NCBI GenBank assembly: GCA_014728245.1
Contig: WJLY01000224.1
Coordinates: 1 to 36,549, forward strand
Reading direction: 5' to 3'
Length of the DNA stretch: 36,549 bases
From: Candidatus Effluviviaceae Genus IV sp.
GTDB taxonomy: Bacteria > Joyebacterota > Joyebacteria > Joyebacterales > Joyebacteraceae
This document shows, in pieces, positions 9,937 to 18,225 of the stretch. The notes beneath the pieces were generated by a model. That model did not search any database. It was not told the DNA's origin and worked only from the letters and a program-made list of their open reading frames with translations. Positions within the stretch are counted from its first letter, which is position 1; every line of letters begins with the position of its first letter. The position numbers were made by a program, and so were the translations under genes.

Positions 9937-9964
9937 TTGACAGTCTGTGGCCCCGGGGTATAAT
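9937..9964 (+). promoter_or_regulatory. Sigma70-type promoter for the lipoprotein pair
   Basis: TTGACA (9937-9942), 16-nt spacer, TATAAT (9959-9964): both hexamers are perfect consensus in a GC-rich background. Confidence 0.8.
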
Positions 9965-10118
9965 GAGAGGTGGACCCCCTTGAGAGGATCGCACGAGGAT
10001 CGCTCTCAGTACACGGGGGTCTTGGAACATCCGGTCCCGGCAGAAGCTCGATGCCTCGTGCACCCCCCACCGGCGAATGGTGCAGTATATCTCTTGTGAA
10101 CCTGGAGGAAACACCGAA

Positions 10119-11579
10119 ATGATGTCGCTCAGGAGATTTGCAGCCACCGCGCTGGCCCTGGTCCTGGCCGGCCTCGCGCTCGCAGCGCTCTTGTTCACCT
10201 CGGGCTGCAGGAAGGAAGAGACCCTGTTCCTGGACACCAATCTCTCCCCCGAAACCGAGCTGACCAGCGCTCCCGGCCCCAAGGAGCAGGCCAACTACAG
10301 GGTGCACCTCTACTGGAACGGCAGCGACCCCGACGGCTACATCAGCGGCTACTTCTTCGCGTGGGACGACACGGCCGACGCCGACTGGGTATTCACGACG
10401 AAGAGCGACAGTCTCTTCAAGGTCAGCATCGACGGAGTCGGCGGCACTCAGAACCACACCTTCTTCGTGCGGTCGGTCGACAACGAGGGCAAGGTCGACC
10501 CGTCTCCGGCGGAGATTCGCTTCGAGGCCGAGACCGACGTCCCGCTCATCAACACGCTGTTCAGAGTCGACGGCCCCAACGACCCCGACAGCCCGATCTA
10601 CGACCCGGACTACGATTCCGACAGCCAGCAGTACGTCTACGGCACGGGCGAGGACACCGTGCTCATGGGAACGCCCTGCGCGTTCGTGTGGGACGGCGAA
10701 GACCCGGACGGGATGGGCGCGCCGGTCTACTACGCCTACTCCATCGGTTCGAACCCGTATTCCGCGTTCGAACCGGACACCACGGTCACGGTCAATGACA
10801 TCGACAGTTCGCCGGCGACCAAGCTCAACGTGCTGGCCAAGGACGAGACCGGCGCGGTCAGCCCGGACTACGAGTACCCCTTCGTAATGAACTACGAGCC
10901 CGACAGCCAGATAGTGGAACCTGAGGAGGAGACGGGCACGCTGACCGTTCCCGACAAGACGCGGCTTATCTTCCACTGGGACGTCAGGGACAAGGAGGAG
11001 CTTGAAGGGCTGCCCGGCGGCATCCAGGACGTATGGATCGAGATGGACGGAGAGGTCCTCGAGACCTTCACGGTCGGCGAGGAAGGCTACCAGGAGCACT
11101 GGATGCTCACCTCAGACACGTTCGACGTGAACAGCACGCACTACGTTCCAAGCAGGAACTACCCGACGGGCGGCAACAAGTCCCACCTGTTCACGATCTA
11201 CGCCCGCGACGTGGAGGGCAAGTTCGAGGTACCGAAGCAGAGACCCGAGGACCGCGAGATCTACGAGTTCTCGTACAATATCCCCCCCACAACCGCGATA
11301 ACCGAACCGGCGGACGGCGACACGCTCTGTCCCGAGTTCACCATCTGCTGGGAGGGAACCGACGTCGACGGCTCGATCGAGGCGTACCAGTACGTGCTCG
11401 ATCCGACCGAGAGCAGTTGGAAGACGTCGGAAGACACATGTTTCGAGGCGTCACTCATCGACACGGCCGGCGTGGTCGACACCGGCTGGCACGAATTCCG
11501 CGTGAGGGCGCGCGACAACTCCGGCTGCTGGGAGACGAGCTACAAGTCGATACTCGTATACGTCGAGGAGTGTGAGTAG
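10119..11579 (+). CDS. Acidic lipoprotein with about four Ig/FN3-like repeats
   Basis: GGAGG RBS, ATG 10119, lipobox FTSG-C. Repeated W-x-G-x-D-x-D-G ... H-x-F-x-V-R-A/S-x-D-x-x-G units. Confidence 0.8.
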   Translation: MMSLRRFAATALALVLAGLALAALLFTSGCRKEETLFLDTNLSPETELTSAPGPKEQANYRVHLYWNGSDPDGYISGYFFAWDDTADADWVFTTKSDSLFKVSIDGVGGTQNHTFFVRSVDNEGKVDPSPAEIRFEAETDVPLINTLFRVDGPNDPDSPIYDPDYDSDSQQYVYGTGEDTVLMGTPCAFVWDGEDPDGMGAPVYYAYSIGSNPYSAFEPDTTVTVNDIDSSPATKLNVLAKDETGAVSPDYEYPFVMNYEPDSQIVEPEEETGTLTVPDKTRLIFHWDVRDKEELEGLPGGIQDVWIEMDGEVLETFTVGEEGYQEHWMLTSDTFDVNSTHYVPSRNYPTGGNKSHLFTIYARDVEGKFEVPKQRPEDREIYEFSYNIPPTTAITEPADGDTLCPEFTICWEGTDVDGSIEAYQYVLDPTESSWKTSEDTCFEASLIDTAGVVDTGWHEFRVRARDNSGCWETSYKSILVYVEECE

Positions 11580-11639
11580 CGGGATCACCGCCGCTCCGCA
11601 CGCTCGAAGAGACCCGTATCACTGGAGGAACGACTGGCT

Positions 11640-13613
11640 ATGCTTTGGACTAGACGGCTGATTGGTGCAACGGTTGTGACCCTCGCTCTTCTCGCCCTCG
11701 TTCTGGTCGGGTGCGAGAAGGACATGGGGGAGCTGAAGCCCAATCTCGCGCCTGAGACGACGCTCTCCTTCTCTCCCGAACAGGGGGACACGTCCAATTA
11801 CCGGGTGAGGATGAACTGGTTCGGGTGGGATCCTGACGGCGACGTGGAGTACTTCCTCACCAAGTGGGACACGATGGACTGGAGGAAGGTGATCAGCACG
11901 GACAGCGTCTTCTTCGTCTCCGCCGCGGCAGGCGGGATCACCGATCAGTTCGGCTACGAGTATCACTCGTTCAGGGTGAAGGCGGTCGACAACGAGGGTC
12001 TCGAGGACGCGACGCCGGAGAGCGTGGCGTTCACGGCCTTCACATTCGTGCCGGAGACCGCGTTCCTCCAGGTGGGAGGCGGCCCGACCGGCGTCACGGG
12101 TCCGAAAGTCACGTTCAGGTGGCAGGCGACCGACCAGGACGGCGTGATCGAGTACTACGATTACCATCTGGAGGAATGGAACTCGACGGCGGAGGAATGG
12201 GAGCAGGTCATCCCGCCGCAGGCTGAAGGCGAGTGGGTGCGCGTCGGGAGCGACACGACGACGTGGAGCAACGAGGTTCCGCTCGACGGGAGGCACCGTT
12301 TCCAGGTGCGCGCGATCGATGACGCTGGCGCCATAGACCAGACTCCGGCCTCGAGGGTGTTCACGTCGGTGTTCGGGCTGGCCGGTCCCAGGCTCTACAT
12401 AAGGTGCAACGTCTTCGACATTGAGAATTCCCCGTTCCGCGGTCCGGTCTGGCCGGATGACGCGAACGACGCGATCCCGATCTTCGCCGGGGAGCGACTG
12501 CGGTTCGACTGGGTGGCCGACGCGCAGGACTACGGCGGCCAGGTCGTCGGCTACCGGCACGCCTGGGACGACACCTCGACGTGGCCGCAGTGGTCGGTCT
12601 TCGACACCAGGTTCGAGGTGGCACCCACACCGGGCGGACACAATCTCTATGTCAGCGCGCTCGACAACTCGAACGTGCAGACCAGAGCCAGGATCCGGCT
12701 GGATGTGGTCGAAGCGTCGCTCGATGAGTACATTCTGGTCGTCGACGACTGGGACTGGCGGGAGAACTTCCCGGAGCAGGCGGGCTGGGGCACCGACGAG
12801 CAGAGGACCGGCTTCTACGACGAGCTTCTGGCAGGTTATGTGCGCGACAGGGTGGAGTGGGACGCGGCCCTCGAAGACTACCAGCCGCCCGACGTGACCA
12901 CCCTCAGGGGCGCTTCGACCGTCGTGTGGTACTGCGACGGGCAGGCAGGCTGGCAGGGTGATCCTATGCTCAAGGCGCTCTTCCAGGTCGGGGGCGGAGC
13001 TCAGTACAACACCCTGGCCGGATACGTCAGAGTCGGAGGTAATCTGCTTCTCTGCGGCAGAGGCAACATGGCGATCATTCTGGACGACACGACCTACCCG
13101 CTGACCGTCAGTGCGACCGACAGCACGCAGTCGCAGGAGTTCGTTAGAGAGTTTCTCCACATCGGCTATACCGACAACTCCGGCTCCAACCAGAACGCCA
13201 GCGCGCCGTGGAACTACGGGCTGGTTTTCCACGGAGCCAACCCGTCGCCCGCGTGGGAGGACGAGTTCTCACCGGTCTATCTGGACAGCGTCGGGCCCGA
13301 GGGCTATCCCGATGAGGGCAAGTGGCCGCTCTACGTGAGCCCCGCCAACCCCAATCTCGACAGGTGCGGGATAGACGGGGTCGAATCCGTCTACTCGTTC
13401 CAGGCGACCGGTGAGGAGTTCCTGCTCATGGACTCGCACTTGAACCCCAACTTCGAGGGCGAGTCGTGCGGCGTCCTCTACCTGTCCGGAGACAACCACG
13501 GCAACAGCTGCTACCTCGGCTTCCCGCTGTACTACTGCCAGTACGAGCACGTGCAGCTCTTCATGGACAAGCTGATGGAGCTCTTCGGAGAGGAGAAGAT
13601 CCAGACTCCCTGA
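11640..13613 (+). CDS. Acidic lipoprotein with about three Ig/FN3-like repeats and a C-terminal alpha/beta domain
   Basis: GGAGG RBS, lipobox LVG-C, N-terminus paralogous to the upstream gene (NLAPET...NYRV..W.G.DPDG...DS.F). C-terminal ILVVDD ... YVRVGGNLLLCG domain. Confidence 0.8.
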   Translation: MLWTRRLIGATVVTLALLALVLVGCEKDMGELKPNLAPETTLSFSPEQGDTSNYRVRMNWFGWDPDGDVEYFLTKWDTMDWRKVISTDSVFFVSAAAGGITDQFGYEYHSFRVKAVDNEGLEDATPESVAFTAFTFVPETAFLQVGGGPTGVTGPKVTFRWQATDQDGVIEYYDYHLEEWNSTAEEWEQVIPPQAEGEWVRVGSDTTTWSNEVPLDGRHRFQVRAIDDAGAIDQTPASRVFTSVFGLAGPRLYIRCNVFDIENSPFRGPVWPDDANDAIPIFAGERLRFDWVADAQDYGGQVVGYRHAWDDTSTWPQWSVFDTRFEVAPTPGGHNLYVSALDNSNVQTRARIRLDVVEASLDEYILVVDDWDWRENFPEQAGWGTDEQRTGFYDELLAGYVRDRVEWDAALEDYQPPDVTTLRGASTVVWYCDGQAGWQGDPMLKALFQVGGGAQYNTLAGYVRVGGNLLLCGRGNMAIILDDTTYPLTVSATDSTQSQEFVREFLHIGYTDNSGSNQNASAPWNYGLVFHGANPSPAWEDEFSPVYLDSVGPEGYPDEGKWPLYVSPANPNLDRCGIDGVESVYSFQATGEEFLLMDSHLNPNFEGESCGVLYLSGDNHGNSCYLGFPLYYCQYEHVQLFMDKLMELFGEEKIQTP

Positions 13614-13649
13614 TCCGGGGAGAAGCCAGGCGGCAACGAGAGAAGAAAG

Positions 13650-13692
13650 AACGCCCGGAGCAGGTCTCCCCCGCTCCGGGCGTTTGTGTTTC
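13650..13692. terminator. Probable bidirectional intrinsic terminator between convergent genes
   Basis: 12-bp inverted repeat AACGCCCGGAGC/GCTCCGGGCGTT, T-rich on the right and A-rich on the left. Confidence 0.75.
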
Positions 13693-13725
13693 TCCGGCTT
13701 CTCGCGCCGGTCTGCGCTCTACTTC

Positions 13726-14709
13726 CTAGAAGAACAGGGCCACCGACACGCGCTGGATGTAGTCGAGCGTGCCCATGTCGACGTAGGCGTAGTCGATGCG
13801 GATGTCCGACTCTTTGCTACTGGGGAACTGGACCCCGCCGCCCAGCGTCAGACCTTCCTCGTCGTACCCCAGCCTGTATCCCGCTCTCCCGTAGACGAAC
13901 AGGGGACCACGGTTGAAGGTATACTCGGTACCCAGGCTCGCGCGATTGGCGCCGAACGACGTGCGCTTGAACTCACCGGCCAGCACGACCCGGTGGGTGA
14001 CGACGTCGAACACCCGCACGGAGGCCCCGGCCCTGTAGGTCGTCGGCATCGAGTAGCTCTCGCCGAAACCGGTCTCGCTTCCCACACCCGACCACCGGTT
14101 GGAGGGACCGACGTTGTTCACCGAGGCGCCCAGCCTGAGGTTACGGAAGGGCGTATCGTAGAGAACGCCCACGTCGCCGCAGACGCCCTCGGCGAAGGCG
14201 TCGGCCATGTTGAGGTGATACCACCTGATCGTGGCGCCGACGGACAGGTAGTCCGTGAATGCCCAGGCGTACGAACCGCCCCAGGCCATGTCACCGGCGT
14301 CCACGTTCTCCAGCGTACCGACGTCAAACTCGCTGTCCGGGTCGTAGTACTCCGTCTTCTCCCTGAAAGGCGGCATCTGCATGATCGTCCAGCTGATCCC
14401 GAAGTAGCCCGGGATCGAGCTGTGGGTGAAGCCGTAGCTCAGGTGCTGGTAGGAGATGTCGGCGATCCAGTCGGAAGCCGACATGTGCACCTCGCTGCCC
14501 TCGAGGAACCTGAGGCCCGCAGGATTGTAGAAGACGCACATCGCATCGTCCGACACGCCGGTGAAAGCGCCGCCCATCCCGATCTGCCTCACTCCGCCGT
14601 CCACCTCGAGAAAGGCCGCGAGCCCGGTTCCCGGCGTCCCCGCCGCCGCAGGTCCGGCCGCCGCCAGAAGAAGCACAAACGCACCCAGGATAAGAACGTA
14701 ACCGCGCAA
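13726..14709 (-). CDS. PorV/PorQ-family outer membrane beta-barrel
   Basis: FLEVDGGVRQIGMGGAFTGVSDD...YNPAGL motif, amphipathic strands, DYAY, terminal Phe. Probable TTG start at 14709 after GGAGAG. Confidence 0.8.
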   Translation of the reverse strand: MRGYVLILGAFVLLLAAAGPAAAGTPGTGLAAFLEVDGGVRQIGMGGAFTGVSDDAMCVFYNPAGLRFLEGSEVHMSASDWIADISYQHLSYGFTHSSIPGYFGISWTIMQMPPFREKTEYYDPDSEFDVGTLENVDAGDMAWGGSYAWAFTDYLSVGATIRWYHLNMADAFAEGVCGDVGVLYDTPFRNLRLGASVNNVGPSNRWSGVGSETGFGESYSMPTTYRAGASVRVFDVVTHRVVLAGEFKRTSFGANRASLGTEYTFNRGPLFVYGRAGYRLGYDEEGLTLGGGVQFPSSKESDIRIDYAYVDMGTLDYIQRVSVALFF

Positions 14710-14793
14710 GTAAGCTCTCCTTTCGCCCCTCTCCCCGAGCGCGTCCAAGAGCCGCTCCCAGGGTCCATCAGAAGCCTGGTCGTGATCGACCTG

Positions 14794-15765
14794 CTAGAAC
14801 TGGAGACTCAGGCCGACCCTGTGGACGGCGCCAAGGTAACCGAAGTCCGAGTAGCTGTAGTCGACGCCAAGTCTGCCCAGCGCGCCGACCGTGACCCTGG
14901 CTCCGCCGCCGGCGGTGAAGGTCTCCTCGTCGTAGTTCAGCTTGTAACCGGCGCGGAGGAAGTACGTCCTGTTCAGACTGTACTCCGCTCCGACGTTTAT
15001 CTTCTCCGACGTGTCGGACGGGTGCTTGAACTCCGTCGCGACCTTCACGGTCTGGCCGGGCGTCTCGAAAACGTTCATCGAAACACCGAACTTGAACGTG
15101 GCCGGGACCGGAACCGACTCGTCTATGTAGGCCGCCTCCGCACCCATGTTCTGAATGCACAGTCCTATCCTGAGCGAACGGAAGCCCGTATTGTAGAGTG
15201 TGCCGAAGTCGCCGACGACCGTGTCAACGGAGTAGTCCGCCAGCCCGTACTCACCGAGCGTGGACAGGTCGCCCAGACTCGAGTGCACCCAACGGAGCGT
15301 GCCGCCGGCGGAGAATCTGTCGGTGAAAACCCGCGTGTAACTGACACCGACGGCGATGTCGCCGGGCTCGAACTCAACGCCCACTCCGTTCGGGTTCGTG
15401 GCGGTCCTGACAAGCATGGGATCCATGGACAGCGTCGTTACGCTCACCCCGACGATCCCCGGAATGAACCCGGGCTCCATAGCAACACCCACGAACTGGT
15501 GTGTTATGTCGGCCGGCCAGGTCCCGTAGCTGAACAGAGCTGTCGGGCCCGACAGATGCCTCAGGCCCGCCGGATTCCAGTAGAGCGACTCTATGCCCTC
15601 CGACGCCGCCACCATCGCCTCACCCATCGCAACACCACGAGGGCCCGCGCCGATCTCGAGGAACTGAAACCCCACCGTCCCCACCTTCTCGAATATCTCG
15701 GTAGACGACGCCTGCGGCGCCGAGAGAGCGAGGATCAGGAGCAGTAGCGGGAGCTTCTTCAGCAA
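14794..15765 (-). CDS. PorV/PorQ-family outer membrane beta-barrel (second paralog)
   Basis: FQFLEIGAGPRGVAMGEA...WNPAGL, LRAGYK, VDYSY, terminal Phe. Probable TTG start at 15765 after GAAGGAGG. Confidence 0.82.
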   Translation of the reverse strand: MLKKLPLLLLILALSAPQASSTEIFEKVGTVGFQFLEIGAGPRGVAMGEAMVAASEGIESLYWNPAGLRHLSGPTALFSYGTWPADITHQFVGVAMEPGFIPGIVGVSVTTLSMDPMLVRTATNPNGVGVEFEPGDIAVGVSYTRVFTDRFSAGGTLRWVHSSLGDLSTLGEYGLADYSVDTVVGDFGTLYNTGFRSLRIGLCIQNMGAEAAYIDESVPVPATFKFGVSMNVFETPGQTVKVATEFKHPSDTSEKINVGAEYSLNRTYFLRAGYKLNYDEETFTAGGGARVTVGALGRLGVDYSYSDFGYLGAVHRVGLSLQF

Positions 15766-15822
15766 GTGCGGTCCTCCTTCCACCTTCCGGTCGCGATACG
15801 GCCGGACCGTACGGCAACACGA

Positions 15823-18144
15823 CTACTTGATGATGACGAACTTGCCCACCTTCTCTCCGACGGGCGAGTCCACGTGGTAGAGATAGACTCCGCTTGTGAC
15901 GATCTGGTTGTTCCGCGAGATGAGGTTCCAGCACGCGTCTCCGCCGGTCTCCTCGGCCTCGGGGTAGAGCGTCTCGACCAGCTCCCCGCCCAGTGAGTAG
16001 ACCCTGACCACCGCGTCTCTCGGCAGGTTCATGAAACAGATCTTCTCGCCGGTCGGGTCTGCCTCGTCGGGCTCAAGGTTCCAGGCAGCGATGTACTCGT
16101 TGTCGACGTAGGGATTGGGCACGACCATCACGTCGTCGACGTCGGCCTGCACCGCGGAGTGCGGGACCACCCTGGTCATGTTCTGCGAATACTTGCCGAA
16201 GTGCTTCCCCTCCGCCGTGCTGTCGTAGGCTGTCACGGAGTAGAAGTAGGGAAACCCGTTCCTCACGAGCGAGTCCACGATGCTGTACTTGCCGACCCCT
16301 TCCAGGCCGGTGTCCCACTCGTCTATCTCCGCGTAGTTGTCGCTCCTGTCGATGTCGAGGATCAGCTCCCAATCCTGGTCCTTCGGCTCTGTGGAGGTCC
16401 TGTCCCAGCCGACCGCCTTCCAGACCTGGTAGCCGTACCAGTCGCGCACGCGCGTCAGCGGGTCCTCGATCTCCTCCGGGCTGTCGTCCCAGTCGATTCG
16501 TACGAAGTGGTCGCCGGCAGTGACCTCCTGCCTCGGCGGAGGAGGCGGGGTGTCGGCGACCCAGTGGATCAGCGTGCTCTCCGGGTCTCCCGTGCAGGTC
16601 GTCACCGGCTGGATGATCCCGTCGAAGATCTGCTGCGCCTTGGCCGCGTTCTCCAGCATGCCCGCGAGGCCCTGGCCGCAGACGAACGCGTACTGGAACT
16701 CGAGCGTGTCGCCCGGCGCCACCTCCTGGAAAGGCCCGGCTGAGAGCATGAAACGGTAGTCCTGCGGCGTCTGCGCGTTGCGGTCGATGTTGATACGCCA
16801 CTCGTCGTCGTCCTCGAGGTCTACAAGGCCGTCGAGATCGTTGTCCTGACCGTCGTACTCCGGGAAGTCCGGGCTCTCCGGACCGCCAGGACCATCCGGG
16901 TCCATGCCGCGCAGATAGCGGTAGCGGTCCCGGTCGTCGTCGGGGTCCTCCGTGCCGCTCGACCAGATCTCGAAGGCGTGCACGCGCACCTGGGTCGGAG
17001 CGTTGGGCAGGCCGTCGTCGCCGTAGTACTTCTGCACGAGCGACTCTGGCCAGTCCGGCTGGAGGACAGGAACGGTCGGATGACCCAGGAACATGCAACC
17101 GAAGTACCCCTTGGCTACGTTGCCGTCGGGGCCGAAGGGATCGTCATACATGTACGCGATGCTCATATTGAGCGTGTCCGACAGGTTCGGGTTGTTCGGG
17201 TTCACGCTCACGATCGTCGTGTCTACGAAGCCGCCGGCGTCGTCCGTGTACCACGGAACGTCGTCGGACTCCGGCCCCGCGTCCGCGTCGACCATGAAGC
17301 CGACGTAGACCATCTTCAGGACGTCCTCGCTGATGTTCACGACCTTGTAGTTTATACCCACGAAGTCATCGGTCAGCTCGCTCGTCCACTGGTAGCTCTC
17401 CTGGATGACCTTGAGTCCGAGCGCCGTGTGCTCGTCTCCGGGCTGCGCGTTCTCATTGACTTCCTCTTCGTAGATGTCGTAGTACTCCATCCGGAACATC
17501 TGCTGAGAGATCGCGGCGAAGTCCTCATCGACCAACCCGTCGCCGTCGTTGTCGATGCCGTCCAGCGGATCCTCGTCGACCCACAGGAAGGGATCGAAGC
17601 CCGGCAGGTCGGGATCGCAGTTGTGGTCCGCCCAATCGCCGTCATCGTCAAAGAGACGGCCGCTGTTGGCCGCGCCCTCCCACGTCTCGTAGATCCTCGC
17701 ATCGAGATCGTCCGGATCGGGATAGAACTCGATCTGGTAAACCGCGGCCGACACCAGCGTATCGGGATCGGCGGAGCTTCCGGTTATGGCTCCCACCCAG
17801 AGCCCGCCGGCGTACAGGTACTGGTTGTTGCTGCCCGCGGGCCACTCGGCCGACGGCGCGGTGAGGTCGGCGTCGAAGTCCCCGAAGAAGCCGTAGTTGG
17901 ATACGTGAAGAAGCAGCTGCCCCACGCTGTGATACCAGCCCGTGAACTGGATGATCCGCGAGGAGAGGTCCTCCTGCACGGCTTCATACCGTTCCCGGTC
18001 GGTAGTGCTCATCCTCGCGTCGGCCACGCTTGCGAGGGTCGCGACGACCAGCGCAACGCAGGCCGCGAGCACGAGACCTGCTAGAAGGCGCTCCGCTCGC
18101 CCGGGAGCGCCGCCGACTCTGCCACCGACGTTGCCAAGAATCAT
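15823..18144 (-). CDS. Secreted acidic protein with FN3-like domain and T9SS-type C-terminal sorting domain
   Basis: Signal peptide; SAEWPAGS..YLYAGGLWVG; Asp-rich DxDxDG motifs; PPPPP followed by an FN3-like domain; C-terminus VVPNPY...VYSLGGELV...WNL...SGVYLYHV...GKFVIIK. Confidence 0.78.
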   Translation of the reverse strand: MILGNVGGRVGGAPGRAERLLAGLVLAACVALVVATLASVADARMSTTDRERYEAVQEDLSSRIIQFTGWYHSVGQLLLHVSNYGFFGDFDADLTAPSAEWPAGSNNQYLYAGGLWVGAITGSSADPDTLVSAAVYQIEFYPDPDDLDARIYETWEGAANSGRLFDDDGDWADHNCDPDLPGFDPFLWVDEDPLDGIDNDGDGLVDEDFAAISQQMFRMEYYDIYEEEVNENAQPGDEHTALGLKVIQESYQWTSELTDDFVGINYKVVNISEDVLKMVYVGFMVDADAGPESDDVPWYTDDAGGFVDTTIVSVNPNNPNLSDTLNMSIAYMYDDPFGPDGNVAKGYFGCMFLGHPTVPVLQPDWPESLVQKYYGDDGLPNAPTQVRVHAFEIWSSGTEDPDDDRDRYRYLRGMDPDGPGGPESPDFPEYDGQDNDLDGLVDLEDDDEWRINIDRNAQTPQDYRFMLSAGPFQEVAPGDTLEFQYAFVCGQGLAGMLENAAKAQQIFDGIIQPVTTCTGDPESTLIHWVADTPPPPPRQEVTAGDHFVRIDWDDSPEEIEDPLTRVRDWYGYQVWKAVGWDRTSTEPKDQDWELILDIDRSDNYAEIDEWDTGLEGVGKYSIVDSLVRNGFPYFYSVTAYDSTAEGKHFGKYSQNMTRVVPHSAVQADVDDVMVVPNPYVDNEYIAAWNLEPDEADPTGEKICFMNLPRDAVVRVYSLGGELVETLYPEAEETGGDACWNLISRNNQIVTSGVYLYHVDSPVGEKVGKFVIIK

Positions 18145-18225
18145 CCACTACCTCCGTGGAGTGCTGCCATTGCACGTATCCTCCTGCCCCGGACACCGAA
18201 GAAGCGGCGTCCAAGGCGATTCCCG

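Noticed and set aside
13684-15747. 687-aa plus-strand ORF and other long antisense ORFs (66..1418, 8357..9745, 11619..13232, 18961..20334, 30973..32439)
   Set aside because: They lie opposite well-supported genes, have no recognisable motifs, and are the shadow ORFs expected in high-GC DNA.
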